The position numbers and the translations under genes were made by a program. A DNA stretch of 64,000 nucleotides from sequence record ON210139.1; one strand, written 5' to 3'. Source of the stretch: Escherichia phage EC128. Under the pieces are notes generated by a model, which did not search any database, was not told the DNA's origin, and saw nothing but the letters and a program-made list of their open reading frames with translations. Of this stretch, positions 21,099 to 32,593 are shown in pieces; the stretch's first letter is position 1, and every line of letters starts with the position of its first letter.

Positions 21099-22016
21099 AT
21101 GGATTTAGAAATGATGCTGGATGAAGATTACAAAGAAGGAATCTGCTTAATTGACTTTAGTCAAATTGCGCTTTCAACTGCTTTGGTAAACTTTCCAGAT
21201 AAAGAAAAAATTAATTTATCAATGGTTCGTCATTTGATATTGAACTCAATTAAGTTTAATGTCAAAAAAGCAAAAGCTCTTGGATACACTAAAATTGTAT
21301 TGTGTATTGATAACGCGAAATCTGGATACTGGCGTCGTGATTTTGCTTACTATTACAAGAAAAACCGCGGAAAAGCACGAGAAGAATCTACTTGGGACTG
21401 GGAAGGTTATTTTGAATCCAGTCATAAAGTCATAGATGAATTGAAAGCTTATATGCCATACATTGTTATGGATATTGATAAGTATGAAGCAGATGACCAC
21501 ATTGCTGTTCTTGTTAAAAAGTTCTCTTTAGAAGGACACAAGATTTTAATCATTTCATCGGATGGTGACTTTACACAGCTTCACAAATATCCAAATGTTA
21601 AGCAATGGTCACCGATGCACAAGAAATGGGTTAAAATTAAAAGCGGTTCTGCTGAAATTGACTGTATGACTAAAATCCTTAAAGGCGACAAAAAGGATAA
21701 CGTTGCTTCAGTTAAAGTACGATCTGACTTTTGGTTTACCAGAGTTGAAGGTGAACGAACTCCTTCAATGAAAACTTCAATCGTTGAAGCTATTGCTAAT
21801 GACCGTGAGCAAGCTAAGGTGCTTCTCACAGAATCTGAATATAATCGTTATAAAGAAAATTTAGTTCTAATTGATTTTGATTATATTCCTGATAATATTG
21901 CTTCAAACATTGTGAATTACTATAATTCATACAAATTACCACCGCGTGGCAAAATTTATTCATATTTTGTAAAAGCGGGTCTTTCTAAATTAACTAATAG
22001 CATTAATGAATTTTGA
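21099..22016 (+). CDS. rnh: RNase H (5'-3' exonuclease / flap endonuclease)
   Basis: 305 aa from MDLEMMLDEDYKEG; recognised as T4 RNase H. Confidence 0.9.
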   Translation: MDLEMMLDEDYKEGICLIDFSQIALSTALVNFPDKEKINLSMVRHLILNSIKFNVKKAKALGYTKIVLCIDNAKSGYWRRDFAYYYKKNRGKAREESTWDWEGYFESSHKVIDELKAYMPYIVMDIDKYEADDHIAVLVKKFSLEGHKILIISSDGDFTQLHKYPNVKQWSPMHKKWVKIKSGSAEIDCMTKILKGDKKDNVASVKVRSDFWFTRVEGERTPSMKTSIVEAIANDREQAKVLLTESEYNRYKENLVLIDFDYIPDNIASNIVNYYNSYKLPPRGKIYSYFVKAGLSKLTNSINEF

Positions 22017-22024
22017 GGTGAATA

Positions 22025-22294
22025 ATGGCTAAAAAAGAAATGGTTGAATTTGATGAAGCTATCCATGGCGAAGACTTGGCTAAATTTATTAAAGAAGCAT
22101 CTGATCATAAACTGAAAATTTCCGGTTATAATGAACTGATTAAAGATATTCGAATTCGTGCCAAAGATGAACTTGGCGTTGATGGTAAGATGTTTAATCG
22201 TCTATTAGCTTTGTATCATAAAGATAACCGTGATGTGTTTGAAGCTGAAACTGAAGAGGTAGTTGAACTTTATGACACAGTTTTCTCTAAATGA
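22025..22294 (+). CDS. dsbA: double-stranded DNA-binding protein
   Basis: 89-aa ORF with SD GAGGTGAATA. Confidence 0.85.
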   Translation: MAKKEMVEFDEAIHGEDLAKFIKEASDHKLKISGYNELIKDIRIRAKDELGVDGKMFNRLLALYHKDNRDVFEAETEEVVELYDTVFSK

Positions 22295-22610
22295 TATTCG
22301 TCCGGTCGATGAGACCGGTCTTTCAGAAAAAGAACTTTCAATCAAGAAAGAAAAGGATGAAATAGCAAAGCTTCTTGATCGTCAAGAAAACGGATTTATT
22401 ATTGAAAAAATGGTAGAAGAGTTTGGAATGAGTTATCTTGAAGCTACAACAGCATTCTTGGAAGAAAATTCTATTCCTGAAACTCAATTTGCTAAATTTA
22501 TTCCTTCGGGTATAATTGAAAAAATTCAGTCAGAAGCTATTGACGAAAATCTTTTACGTCCTTCTGTTGTTCGTTGTGAAAAAACTAATACATTAGATTT
22601 TCTGCTATGA
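22272..22610 (+). CDS. 33: gp33 late-transcription co-activator
   Basis: 112 aa from MTQFSLNDIRP; overlaps the dsbA 3' end. Confidence 0.85.
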   Translation: MTQFSLNDIRPVDETGLSEKELSIKKEKDEIAKLLDRQENGFIIEKMVEEFGMSYLEATTAFLEENSIPETQFAKFIPSGIIEKIQSEAIDENLLRPSVVRCEKTNTLDFLL

Positions 22611-23260
22611 TTAAACTCCGCATGCCTGCTGGTGGTGAAAGATACATTGATGGTAAATCAGTTTATAAATTATACTTAATGATAAAACAGCATATGAATG
22701 GAAAGTATGATGTAATTAAGTATAATTGGTGCATGCGGGTGTCTGATGCCGCTTATCAAAAGCGAAGGGATAAGTATTTTTTCCAGAAGTTATCAGAAAA
22801 ATATAAATTAAAAGAATTAACTTTAATTTTTATTAGCAATCTTGTAGCTAACCAAGATGCTTGGATTGGTGATATCTCTGACGCTGATGCATTAGTATTT
22901 TATCGTGAATATATCGGTCGCTTAAAGCAAGTTAAATTTAAATTTGAAGAAGATATTAGGAATATCTATTATTTTAGTAAAAAAGTTGAAGTTTCTGCTT
23001 TTAAAGAAATCTTTGAGTATAATCCAAAAGTTCAGTCGAGTTATATTTTTAAACTACTTCAATCGAATATAATTTCGTTTGAGACGTTTATCTTGCTTGA
23101 TTCGTTTTTAAATATAATTGATAAACATGATGAACAAACTGATAATTTAGTTTGGAACAATTATTCTATAAAGTTAAAAGCTTATAGAAAAATTTTAAAT
23201 ATCGATTCACAGGAAGCTAAAAAAGTTTTTATTGAAACTGTGAAATCTTGTAAGTATTGA
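22607..23260 (+). CDS. 59: gp59 helicase-loading protein
   Basis: 217-aa ORF; recognised as T4 gp59. Confidence 0.9.
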   Translation: MIKLRMPAGGERYIDGKSVYKLYLMIKQHMNGKYDVIKYNWCMRVSDAAYQKRRDKYFFQKLSEKYKLKELTLIFISNLVANQDAWIGDISDADALVFYREYIGRLKQVKFKFEEDIRNIYYFSKKVEVSAFKEIFEYNPKVQSSYIFKLLQSNIISFETFILLDSFLNIIDKHDEQTDNLVWNNYSIKLKAYRKILNIDSQEAKKVFIETVKSCKY

Positions 23261-23261
23261 T

Positions 23262-23894
23262 ATGAATATAGTATATTGGTTTACATTTGAAGACCGTGTC
23301 AAAAATAAGACTCCACCATACTACTATATCGGTAGTAAATTAAATTGCTCATTTGAGAACGGAATAATATATGACTCTTCCGGAAAGGAATACTGGAGCT
23401 CATGTAAACAAAAAAGATTTTTGAATGCGCTAATGCTTCAAAAACCGAGCGTTAAAATAATTCAAATTGATGATGACTTGGATGTTATTGAAGCAGAACG
23501 AAAATACCAACTTGAAGTAAATGCCAGAGATAATCCAGACTATTTTAATCTGGTATATGCTGGTGGTGGATTTGGTGTGAGTGGTGAAACTCATCCAGCC
23601 AAAGACCCGGAAGTTAGAGAGCATATGAGATTGGCTAATTATATGAACCGTGACGATTTTAGACCTTGGAAAACATCACGAGCTAATATAGAGTCTTGGA
23701 AATTATCTCATATTGCTTATGAGAATTATGTGTTATTATTATCCTCTAATCTGTACGGTAAAACTCCTGGATGGCGAAGAGTTAAAGGTAATATAAATAT
23801 AACTGATACAACTGCTAAATCGATGGTAAAGTATTTCAACTCAGGTTGGATACCTCTCGAAGACCCAGAGTATTGCAAATTATGCCAGCTATGA
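23262..23894 (+). CDS. segG: freestanding GIY-YIG-like homing endonuclease (SegG-like)
   Basis: 210-aa ORF between 59 and 32; N-terminal IVYWF...YYIGSK resembles the GIY-YIG motif. Confidence 0.55.
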   Translation: MNIVYWFTFEDRVKNKTPPYYYIGSKLNCSFENGIIYDSSGKEYWSSCKQKRFLNALMLQKPSVKIIQIDDDLDVIEAERKYQLEVNARDNPDYFNLVYAGGGFGVSGETHPAKDPEVREHMRLANYMNRDDFRPWKTSRANIESWKLSHIAYENYVLLLSSNLYGKTPGWRRVKGNINITDTTAKSMVKYFNSGWIPLEDPEYCKLCQL

Positions 23895-23943
23895 GGTAAA
23901 GTGTCATAGCACCAACTGTTAATTAAATTAAAAAGGAAATAAA
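23892..23943 (+). promoter_or_regulatory. gene 32 translational operator (autoregulatory leader)
   Basis: GAGGUAAAGUGUCAUAGCACCAACUG followed by AU-rich UUAAUUAAAUUAAAAAGGAAAUAAA before ATG. Confidence 0.6.
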
Positions 23944-24849
23944 ATGTTTAAACGTAAATCTACTGCTGAACTTGCTGCACAAATGGCTAAACTGAATGGC
24001 AATAAAGGTTTTTCTTCTGAAGATAAAGGCGAGTGGAAACTGAAACTCGATAATGCGGGTAACGGTCAAGCAGTAATTCGTTTTCTTCCGTCTAAAAATG
24101 ATGAACAAGCACCATTCGCAATTCTTGTAAATCACGGTTTCAAGAAAAATGGTAAATGGTATATTGAAACATGTTCATCTACCCACGGTGATTACGATTC
24201 TTGCCCAGTATGTCAGTACATCAGTAAAAATGATCTGTACAACACTGATAATAAAGAGTACGGTCTTGTTAAACGTAAAACTTCTTACTGGGCTAACATT
24301 CTTGTAGTAAAAGACCCAGCTGCTCCAGAAAATGAAGGTAAAGTATTTAAATACCGTTTCGGTAAGAAAATCTGGGATAAAATCAATGCAATGATTGCAG
24401 TTGATGTTGAAATGGGTGAAACTCCGGTTGATGTAACTTGTCCGTGGGAAGGTGCTAACTTTGTACTGAAAGTTAAACAAGTTTCTGGTTTTAGTAACTA
24501 CGATGAATCTAAATTCCTGAATCAATCTGCGATTCCAAACATTGACGATGAATCTTTCCAGAAAGAACTGTTCGAACAAATGGTTGACCTTTCTGAAATG
24601 ACTTCTAAAGATAAATTCAAATCGTTTGAAGAACTGAGCACTAAGTTCAGTCAAGTTATGGGAACTGCTGCTATGGGTGGTGCCGCAGCAACTGCCGCTA
24701 AGAAAGCTGATAAAGTTGCTGATGATTTGGATGCATTCAATGTTGATGACTTCAAAACAAAAACTGAAGATGATTTTATGAGCTCAAGCTCTGGCAGTTC
24801 ATCTAGTGCTGATGACACGGACCTGGATGACCTTTTGAATGACCTTTAA
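23944..24849 (+). CDS. 32: gp32 single-stranded DNA-binding protein
   Basis: 301-aa ORF; acidic Ser/Asp-rich C-terminus; recognised as T4 gp32. Confidence 0.95.
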
Positions 24850-24871
24850 CAGATTATATTACTAATTAATT

Positions 24872-24897
24872 GGGGACCCTAGAGGTCCCCTTTTTTA
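24872..24897 (+). terminator. rho-independent terminator after gene 32
   Basis: GGGGACC-CTAGA-GGTCCCC followed by TTTTTTATTT. Confidence 0.7.
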
Positions 24898-24921
24898 TTT
24901 CAAAAATTTTTTCACAAAGCT

Positions 24922-24951
24922 GTTTACATCCTTGTCCTTCCATGGTACTAT
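24922..24951 (+). promoter_or_regulatory. T4-type early promoter
   Basis: upstream TTTTTTCACAAAGC, GTTTAC, 18-bp spacer, TACTAT. Confidence 0.55.
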
Positions 24952-24994
24952 ACAACTATCGGCAATACTGCTGATGATTAAAGAGGAAAATAAT

Positions 24995-25222
24995 ATGGCT
25001 AAAGTTGATATTGACATCGTTGATTTTGAATATATTGAAGAGATTATTCGTAATCGTTATCCTGAACTTAGTATCACAAGCGTGCAAGATTCTAAGTTTT
25101 GGAGTATTCAAATCGTTATTAAAGGTCCTCTTGAAGACCTCACCCTCTTTATGGCTAATGAATATTGTGATGACATGGATTCTGAAGACGCAGAATTTTA
25201 CATGGGACTGATTGAACAATAA
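24995..25222 (+). CDS. hypothetical early protein (75 aa)
   Basis: ATG with SD AAAGAGGAAAATAAT; the upstream part of the track ORF covers the promoter. Confidence 0.5.
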   Translation: MAKVDIDIVDFEYIEEIIRNRYPELSITSVQDSKFWSIQIVIKGPLEDLTLFMANEYCDDMDSEDAEFYMGLIEQ

Positions 25223-25266
25223 TTATCAAGGGGCTATTACAGCCCCGTTAAAATGAGGAAACCGTA

Positions 25267-25647
25267 ATGTATACCGGTAAAAAGTATGAACTTGTTCCAA
25301 GACTTATTGATACATTTATTAATTATAGCCCACGTTCTAATTCATCAATAGTTAAAGCCATTCGAGAGAATGGCGGATGGTTTGAAGTTAAAGAAGTTTC
25401 CGTCGCTAATGGATATAAAGCAGTAAAACACATTGAATGCGCAAATGGAAAACATTTTTACCTCAAAGATAGACTTTTAGAAATTTGCGAAGACGAATTT
25501 CATTGTTTTCGTGAGTATAAAGAACCGACTTCTGAAAAAGATGAAGTCAAAGACCCGGTTTCTGGCGTAACAAAAATTCACTGCATTGTTGACGAAAACA
25601 ATGTAGATGAAATCATTGAACTTTTGCGAAAAACTTTCAAAAAGTAG
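25267..25647 (+). CDS. hypothetical early protein (126 aa)
   Basis: ORF with SD GAGGAAACCGTA. Confidence 0.5.
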   Translation: MYTGKKYELVPRLIDTFINYSPRSNSSIVKAIRENGGWFEVKEVSVANGYKAVKHIECANGKHFYLKDRLLEICEDEFHCFREYKEPTSEKDEVKDPVSGVTKIHCIVDENNVDEIIELLRKTFKK

Positions 25648-25676
25648 TTTACAGAAGGGTAGTAGCGTGATACTAT
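25647..25676 (+). promoter_or_regulatory. T4-type early promoter
   Basis: GTTTAC, 18-bp spacer, TACTAT, shared leader ACTATTACCCTATCAACTA. Confidence 0.5.
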
Positions 25677-25701
25677 TACCCTATCAACTAAGGAGAATAA
25701 A

Positions 25702-25944
25702 ATGAGATTACAACGTCAGAGCATCAAAGATTCAGAAGTTAGAGGTAAATGGTATTTTAATATCATCGGTAAAGATTCTGAGCTTGTTGAAAAAGCTGAA
25801 CATCTTTTGCGTGATATGGGATGGGAAGATGAATGTGATGGATGTCCTCTTTATGAAGACGGAGAAAGCGCAGGATTCTGGATTTACCATTCTGACGTCG
25901 AGCAGTTTAAAGCTGATTGGAAAATTGTGAAAAAGTCTGTTTAA
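25702..25944 (+). CDS. hypothetical early protein (80 aa)
   Basis: ORF with SD AAGGAGAATAAA. Confidence 0.5.
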   Translation: MRLQRQSIKDSEVRGKWYFNIIGKDSELVEKAEHLLRDMGWEDECDGCPLYEDGESAGFWIYHSDVEQFKADWKIVKKSV

Positions 25945-25954
25945 GGAAAATAAT

Positions 25955-26781
<827 letters not shown>

Positions 26782-26789
26782 AATAACGC

Positions 26790-27149
26790 ATGGCGGAAAA
26801 TATGAATTTTAATTATTACCCTATTCTATTAGAAAAAGACGCGAAACAGCCAAAATGGCAAGGTCCTCAGTTTATTAAAGGTGTCTATCAATTAGTAGTT
26901 CCTAAAGACAAGATTTATAGTAGCTGTTTCACTGAATCCGCTTGCAGTATTTTCGGTAATAGTTCTCCGTATTGGAATTTTGACATAAAGCTGGATAGAA
27001 ATATCGATATTTGGTTGAAAGCTATGGATATTGGTAATATCACGTTTGATGAGAATAATTATCATATTATTGGTCGTTTTTCCAAACGCGGTAAAGAATT
27101 ATATTTCACGCCTGAAATTGAAAGAAAATTTGATGCTAAACCGTATTGA
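26790..27149 (+). CDS. hypothetical protein (115-119 aa) encoded on an insertion between frd and td
   Basis: ORF (best start probably ATG 26802 with GGCGGAAAAT) in a ~415-bp segment flanked by direct repeats AAATGAAA (26776-26783 and 27193-27200). Confidence 0.5.
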   Translation: MAENMNFNYYPILLEKDAKQPKWQGPQFIKGVYQLVVPKDKIYSSCFTESACSIFGNSSPYWNFDIKLDRNIDIWLKAMDIGNITFDENNYHIIGRFSKRGKELYFTPEIERKFDAKPY

Positions 27150-27194
27150 TTATTCAGCTTCATAAAATGTATTATAATTTATATAAGGTACTAA

Positions 27195-27743
27195 ATGAAA
27201 CAATACCAAGATTTAATTAAAGACATTTTTGAAAATGGTTATGAAACTGATGACCGAACGGGCACAGGAACAATTGCTTTGTTCGGTACTAAATTACGCT
27301 GGGATTTAACTAAAGGTTTTCCTGCAGTAACAACTAAGAAGCTCGCCTGGAATGCATGTATTTCTGAGTTATTGTGGTTCTTATCAGGAAGTACTAACGT
27401 AAATGATTTGCGATTAATTCAACATAATTCATTAATTCAAGGCAAAACAGTCTGGGATGAAAATTACGAAAATCAAGCAAAAGATTTAGGATACCATAGC
27501 GGTGAACTTGGTCCAATTTATGGAAAACAGTGGCGTGATTTTGGCGGTGTAGACCAAATTATAGAAGTTATTGATCGTATTAAAAAATTGCCAAATGATA
27601 GGCGTCAAATTGTTTCAGCATGGAATCCAGCTGAACTCAAGCAGATGGCATTACCGCCTTGTCATATGTTCTATCAGTTTAATGTGCGTAATGGCTATTT
27701 GGATTTGCAGTGGTATCAACGATCAGTAGATGTTTTCTTGGGT
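27195..27743 (+). CDS. td: thymidylate synthase, exon 1 (codons 1-183)
   Basis: MKQYQDLIKDIFENGYETDDRTG...; frame closes in the intron just after GGT at 27743. Confidence 0.9.
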
Positions 27744-28759
27744 TAATTGAGGCCTGAGTATAAGGTGACTTATACTTGTAATCTATCTAAACGGGGAACC
27801 TCTCTAGTAGACAATCCCGTGCTAAATTGTAGGACTGCCCTTTAATAAATACTTCTATATTTAAAGAGGTATTTATGAAAAGCGGAATTTATCAGATTAA
27901 AAATACTTTAAACAATAAAGTATATGTAGGAAGTGCTAAAGATTTTGAAAAGAGATGGAAGAGGCATTTTAAAGATTTAGAAAAAGGATGCCATTCTTCT
28001 ATAAAGCTTCAGAGGTCTTTTAACAAACATGGTAATGTGTTTGAATGTTCTATTTTGGAAGAAATTCCATATGAGAAAGATTTGATTATTGAACGAGAAA
28101 ATTTTTGGATTAAAGAGCTTAATTCTAAAATTAATGGATACAATATTGCTGATGCAACGTTTGGTGATACATGTTCTACGCATCCATTAAAAGAAGAAAT
28201 TATTAAGAAACGTTCTGAAACTGTTAAAGCTAAGATGCTTAAACTTGGACCTGATGGTCGGAAAGCTCTTTACAGTAAACCCGGAAGTAAAAACGGGCGT
28301 TGGAATCCAGAAACCCATAAGTTTTGTAAGTGCGGTGTTCGCATACAAACTTCTGCTTATACTTGTAGTAAATGCAGAAATCGTTCAGGTGAAAATAATT
28401 CATTCTTTAATCATAAGCATTCAGACATAACTAAATCTAAAATATCAGAAAAGATGAAAGGTAAAAAGCCTAGTAATATTAAAAAGATTTCATGTGATGG
28501 GGTTATTTTTGATTGTGCAGCAGATGCAGCTAGACATTTTAAAATTTCGTCTGGATTAGTTACTTATCGTGTAAAATCTGATAAATGGAATTGGTTCTAC
28601 ATAAATGCCTAACGACTATCCCTTTGGGGAGTAGGGTCAAGTGACTCGAAACGATAGACAACTTGCTTTAACAAGTTGGAGATATAGTCTGATCTGCATG
28701 GTGACATGCAGCTGGATATAATTCCGGGGTAAGATTAACGACCTTATCTGAACATAATG
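27744..28759 (+). mobile_element. td group I self-splicing intron (1016 nt) carrying the I-TevI homing endonuclease gene
   Basis: starts TAATTGAGGCCTGAGTATAAGGTGACTTATAC after exon-terminal T and ends ...ACATAATG with terminal G; joining the exons gives an in-frame 286-aa thymidylate synthase. Confidence 0.85.
27875..28612 (+). CDS. I-TevI: I-TevI GIY-YIG homing endonuclease (intron-encoded)
   Basis: 245-aa ORF inside the td intron; N-terminal GIYQIKN...VYVGS GIY-YIG motif. Confidence 0.95.
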   Translation: MKSGIYQIKNTLNNKVYVGSAKDFEKRWKRHFKDLEKGCHSSIKLQRSFNKHGNVFECSILEEIPYEKDLIIERENFWIKELNSKINGYNIADATFGDTCSTHPLKEEIIKKRSETVKAKMLKLGPDGRKALYSKPGSKNGRWNPETHKFCKCGVRIQTSAYTCSKCRNRSGENNSFFNHKHSDITKSKISEKMKGKKPSNIKKISCDGVIFDCAADAARHFKISSGLVTYRVKSDKWNWFYINA

Positions 28760-29071
28760 CTTCCATTTAATATTGCATCATATGCTACGTTAGTTCATAT
28801 TGTAGCTAAGATGTGTAATCTTATCCCAGGAGATTTGATATTTTCTGGTGGTAATACTCACATCTATATGAATCATACTGAGCAATGTAAAGAAATTTTA
28901 CGTCGTGAGCCTAAAGAACTGTGTGAACTTAAAATTGATTGGCCTATAGAGTTTGGAAATTGTGACACCGAAACACAGCTTTACTGGTTAACTGAATACA
29001 TGAAACCGAAAGATTTTATCCTTGAAAATTATGAATCGCATCCAGCAATTAAAGGGAAAATGGCAATATGA
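28760..29071 (+). CDS. td: thymidylate synthase, exon 2 (codons 184-286)
   Basis: continues [19 protein letters not shown]... in frame with exon 1 after intron removal. Confidence 0.85.
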
Positions 29072-29331
29072 TTTTACGATTTAAAGATACTTCTGGCGTT
29101 GTTCTTTTTACACTTCCTAACCCAAGCGAGTTAGAAGTTCCAGGACCAGAACAGCCTATTACCATTTATGGTAAAAAATACTATACTCATAAAATGACTC
29201 GTGAGTATTTTGATAATAAAATTTCCACAGTTAAAACTTCTTCCGATTGTTACTATGATATTACTGTATTAACGGAAAAACAATATGACGAATTATTCCA
29301 GCGTGGGCCGTCTATGCCGGGTAGTGAATAA
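29068..29331 (+). CDS. hypothetical protein (87 aa)
   Basis: ORF overlapping the td stop (ATGA). Confidence 0.5.
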
Positions 29332-29611
29332 ATACAAATCCGACTTTGATGTTAATATTCACCGCGGTACATTTTGGGGAAATTACGTCGGTAAAGATGC
29401 TGGCAGCCGGGAGGCTGCCATTGAATTATTCAAAAAAGATTTTATACGTCGAATTAAATCCGGAGAAATAACTAAAGCACATTTAGAGCCTTTACGTGGA
29501 ATGAGGCTAGGATGCACATGTAAACCAAAGCCGTGTCATGGTGATATAATAGCTCATATAGTTAACCGATTGTTTAAAGACGATTTTCAAGTTGAGGACT
29601 TATGCAATTAA
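29285..29611 (+). CDS. hypothetical protein (108 aa) with a cysteine/histidine cluster
   Basis: ORF ending at the nrdA start; [11 protein letters not shown] motif. Confidence 0.45.
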
Positions 29612-31866
29612 TTAATGTTATCAAAAGTAGTGGTGTTTCTCAGAGCTTTGACCCGCAAAAAATTATTAAAGTTTTATCTTGGGCAGCTGAAGGAACATCA
29701 GTAGATCCTTATGAATTATATGAAAATATTAAATCTTATCTCCGTGATGGAATGACAACTGATGATATTCAGACTATTGTCATTAAGGCCGCTGCGAATT
29801 CTATTTCGGTTGAAGAGCCTGATTATCAATATGTAGCTGCACGCTGTTTAATGTTTGCTCTTCGTAAGCATGTTTATGGACAGTATGAACCACGTTCATT
29901 TATTGACCATATTTCTTATTGTGTAAATGAAGGTAAATACGACCCTGAATTATTGTCAAAATATTCAGCAGAAGAAATTACATTTTTAGAATCAAAAATT
30001 AAGCACGAACGGGATATGGAATTTACTTATTCCGGGGCGATGCAATTAAAAGAAAAATATCTAGTTAAAGATAAAACCACTGGTCAAATTTATGAAACTC
30101 CACAGTTTGCATTTATGGCTATTGGAATGGCATTGCATCAAGATGAACCTGTTGATAGATTAAAACATGTTATCCGTTTTTATGAAGCAGTATCAACCCG
30201 ACAGATTTCATTGCCAACTCCTATTATGGCTGGTTGTCGTACTCCGACTCGACAGTTCAGTTCATGTGTTGTTATTGAGGCAGGTGATTCATTAAAGTCT
30301 ATCAATAAGGCTTCCGCTTCAATTGTTGAATATATCTCTAAACGCGCTGGAATTGGTATTAACGTTGGTATGATTCGTGCTGAAGGTTCTAAGATTGGCA
30401 TGGGTGAAGTACGCCATACTGGTGTTATTCCTTTTTGGAAACATTTTCAGACTGCTGTTAAATCATGCTCACAGGGTGGAATTCGTGGCGGCGCTGCTAC
30501 TGCTTATTATCCTATTTGGCATTTGGAAGTTGAAAATCTTCTCGTTTTGAAAAATAACAAAGGCGTAGAAGAAAACCGCATTCGTCACATGGATTATGGT
30601 GTTCAGCTGAATGATCTAATGATGGAACGATTCGGAAAGAACGATTACATTACTTTGTTCAGTCCACATGAAATGGGTGGCGAGCTTTATTATTCTTATT
30701 TTAAAGATCAAGACCGTTTCCGTGAATTATACGAAGCAGCAGAAAAAGACCCTAATATTCGTAAAAAGCGTATTAAAGCCCGTGAACTATTTGAATTGCT
30801 CATGACTGAACGTTCAGGAACAGCAAGGATTTATGTGCAGTTCATTGATAATACGAATAACTATACTCCGTTTATTCGTGAAAAGGCACCTATTCGTCAG
30901 AGTAACTTGTGCTGTGAAATTGCTATTCCAACAAATGATGTGAATAGCCCTGATGCTGAAATTGGATTGTGCACGTTATCTGCATTTGTGCTGGATAACT
31001 TCGATTGGCAAGACCAAGATAAAATTAATGAATTAGCAGAAGTTCAAGTTCGCGCTCTTGATAATCTGTTGGATTACCAAGGATATCCAGTTCCTGAAGC
31101 AGAAAAAGCTAAAAAGCGTCGTAACCTTGGTGTAGGTGTTACTAACTATGCAGCTTGGCTGGCAAGTAACTTTGCTTCTTATGAAGATGCTAACGATTTA
31201 ACACATGAACTATTTGAGAGATTACAGTATGGACTCATTAAAGCATCCATTAAGCTCGCCAAAGAAAAAGGACCTTGCGAATATTATTCAGACACTCGTT
31301 GGTCTCGAGGCGAATTACCTATCGACTGGTACAATAAAAAGATTAACCAAATCGCAGCTCCAAAATACGTTTGTGACTGGTCGGCGCTGCGGGAAGACCT
31401 TAAGCTCTTTGGCATCCGTAATAGCACATTATCAGCACTTATGCCATGTGAGTCATCTTCCCAAGTTTCTAACAGTACAAACGGTATCGAGCCTCCACGT
31501 GGACCAGTCTCTGTTAAAGAATCAAAAGAGGGCTCCTTTAATCAAGTCGTGCCCAATATTGAGCATAACATAGACCTTTACGACTATACATGGAAATTAG
31601 CTAAGAAAGGTAATAAACCTTATCTTACGCAGGTAGCTATTATGCTGAAATGGGTATGTCAATCAGCTTCGGCGAATACATATTATGACCCGCAGATTTT
31701 TCCAAAAGGAAAGGTTCCAATGTCAATAATGATTGATGACATGCTATACGGATGGTATTATGGCATTAAAAATTTCTATTATCATAATACCCGTGATGGT
31801 TCTGGTACTGATGATTATGAAATAGAAACTCCAAAAGCTGAAGATTGTTCATCCTGTAAATTATGA
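29602..31866 (+). CDS. nrdA: aerobic ribonucleotide reductase large subunit
   Basis: 754-aa ORF; recognised as T4 NrdA. Confidence 0.95.
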   Translation: MQLINVIKSSGVSQSFDPQKIIKVLSWAAEGTSVDPYELYENIKSYLRDGMTTDDIQTIVIKAAANSISVEEPDYQYVAARCLMFALRKHVYGQYEPRSFIDHISYCVNEGKYDPELLSKYSAEEITFLESKIKHERDMEFTYSGAMQLKEKYLVKDKTTGQIYETPQFAFMAIGMALHQDEPVDRLKHVIRFYEAVSTRQISLPTPIMAGCRTPTRQFSSCVVIEAGDSLKSINKASASIVEYISKRAGIGINVGMIRAEGSKIGMGEVRHTGVIPFWKHFQTAVKSCSQGGIRGGAATAYYPIWHLEVENLLVLKNNKGVEENRIRHMDYGVQLNDLMMERFGKNDYITLFSPHEMGGELYYSYFKDQDRFRELYEAAEKDPNIRKKRIKARELFELLMTERSGTARIYVQFIDNTNNYTPFIREKAPIRQSNLCCEIAIPTNDVNSPDAEIGLCTLSAFVLDNFDWQDQDKINELAEVQVRALDNLLDYQGYPVPEAEKAKKRRNLGVGVTNYAAWLASNFASYEDANDLTHELFERLQYGLIKASIKLAKEKGPCEYYSDTRWSRGELPIDWYNKKINQIAAPKYVCDWSALREDLKLFGIRNSTLSALMPCESSSQVSNSTNGIEPPRGPVSVKESKEGSFNQVVPNIEHNIDLYDYTWKLAKKGNKPYLTQVAIMLKWVCQSASANTYYDPQIFPKGKVPMSIMIDDMLYGWYYGIKNFYYHNTRDGSGTDDYEIETPKAEDCSSCKL

Positions 31867-31917
31867 TATAATTTGACTCATGGACGAGTCACTAACTATT
31901 AACTAAGAGGAAAATTT

Positions 31918-32593
31918 ATGAGCACAGTTTTTAATACAAATCCAGTTGATGTTTTAAAAGAACCTATGTTTTTTGGTTCAGGTCTTGGTATTGCGCGTTA
32001 TGATATTCAACGGCATCGAGTATTTGAAGAACTTACAGAGAAGTCCTTATCATTTTTCTGGCGTCCCGAAGAAGTAAACTTAATGATGGATGCTGCACAG
32101 TTTAATAAGCTTCCTCAGTATCAGCAGAATATTTTTACTAACAACCTGAAGTATCAATCACTTTTGGATAGCATTCAGGGTCGTGCACCGTCTGCTGTAC
32201 TTATGTCATTAATTTCAGACCCAAGCCTTGATACATGGGTTGCTACATGGACTTTTAGTGAAACTATTCACTCTCGTTCGTATACTCATATTATGCGAAA
32301 TCTTTATACCGATCCATCGAAGGTATTTGATGAAATTGTATTAGATGAAGCTATTATGAAACGAGCTGAATCCATTGGACGTTATTATGATGATGTCTTG
32401 GTTAAAACCCGTGAATGGGAAAATGCTAAAGAATTTGTAGAACTAGCTAAAGAATCTCCTGATGCCGACTTTCGTTTAAACCGAGCTATTAAACAAGAAG
32501 CCGAAGCTAAACGTGCTTTAATGAAGTCTCTTTACCTCTGTTTACACGTTATTAATGCCTTAGAAGCTATTCGTTTTTATGTATCTTTTGCGT
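31918..32593 (+). CDS. nrdB: ribonucleotide reductase small subunit, exon 1
   Basis: MSTVFNTNPVD...ALEAIRFYVSFA; frame closes immediately inside the intron; 5' splice site inferred after T 32593. Confidence 0.75.

Noticed and set aside
24175-24654. 159-aa - strand ORF inside gene 32
   Set aside because: Antisense to a highly expressed, well-recognised gene; no translation signals.
28757-28759. ATG used by the ORF track as the start of a 104-aa ORF (MLPFNIAS...)
   Set aside because: These are the last 3 nt of the td intron (terminal G at 28759); the ORF is td exon 2, joined to exon 1 by splicing, not an independent gene.
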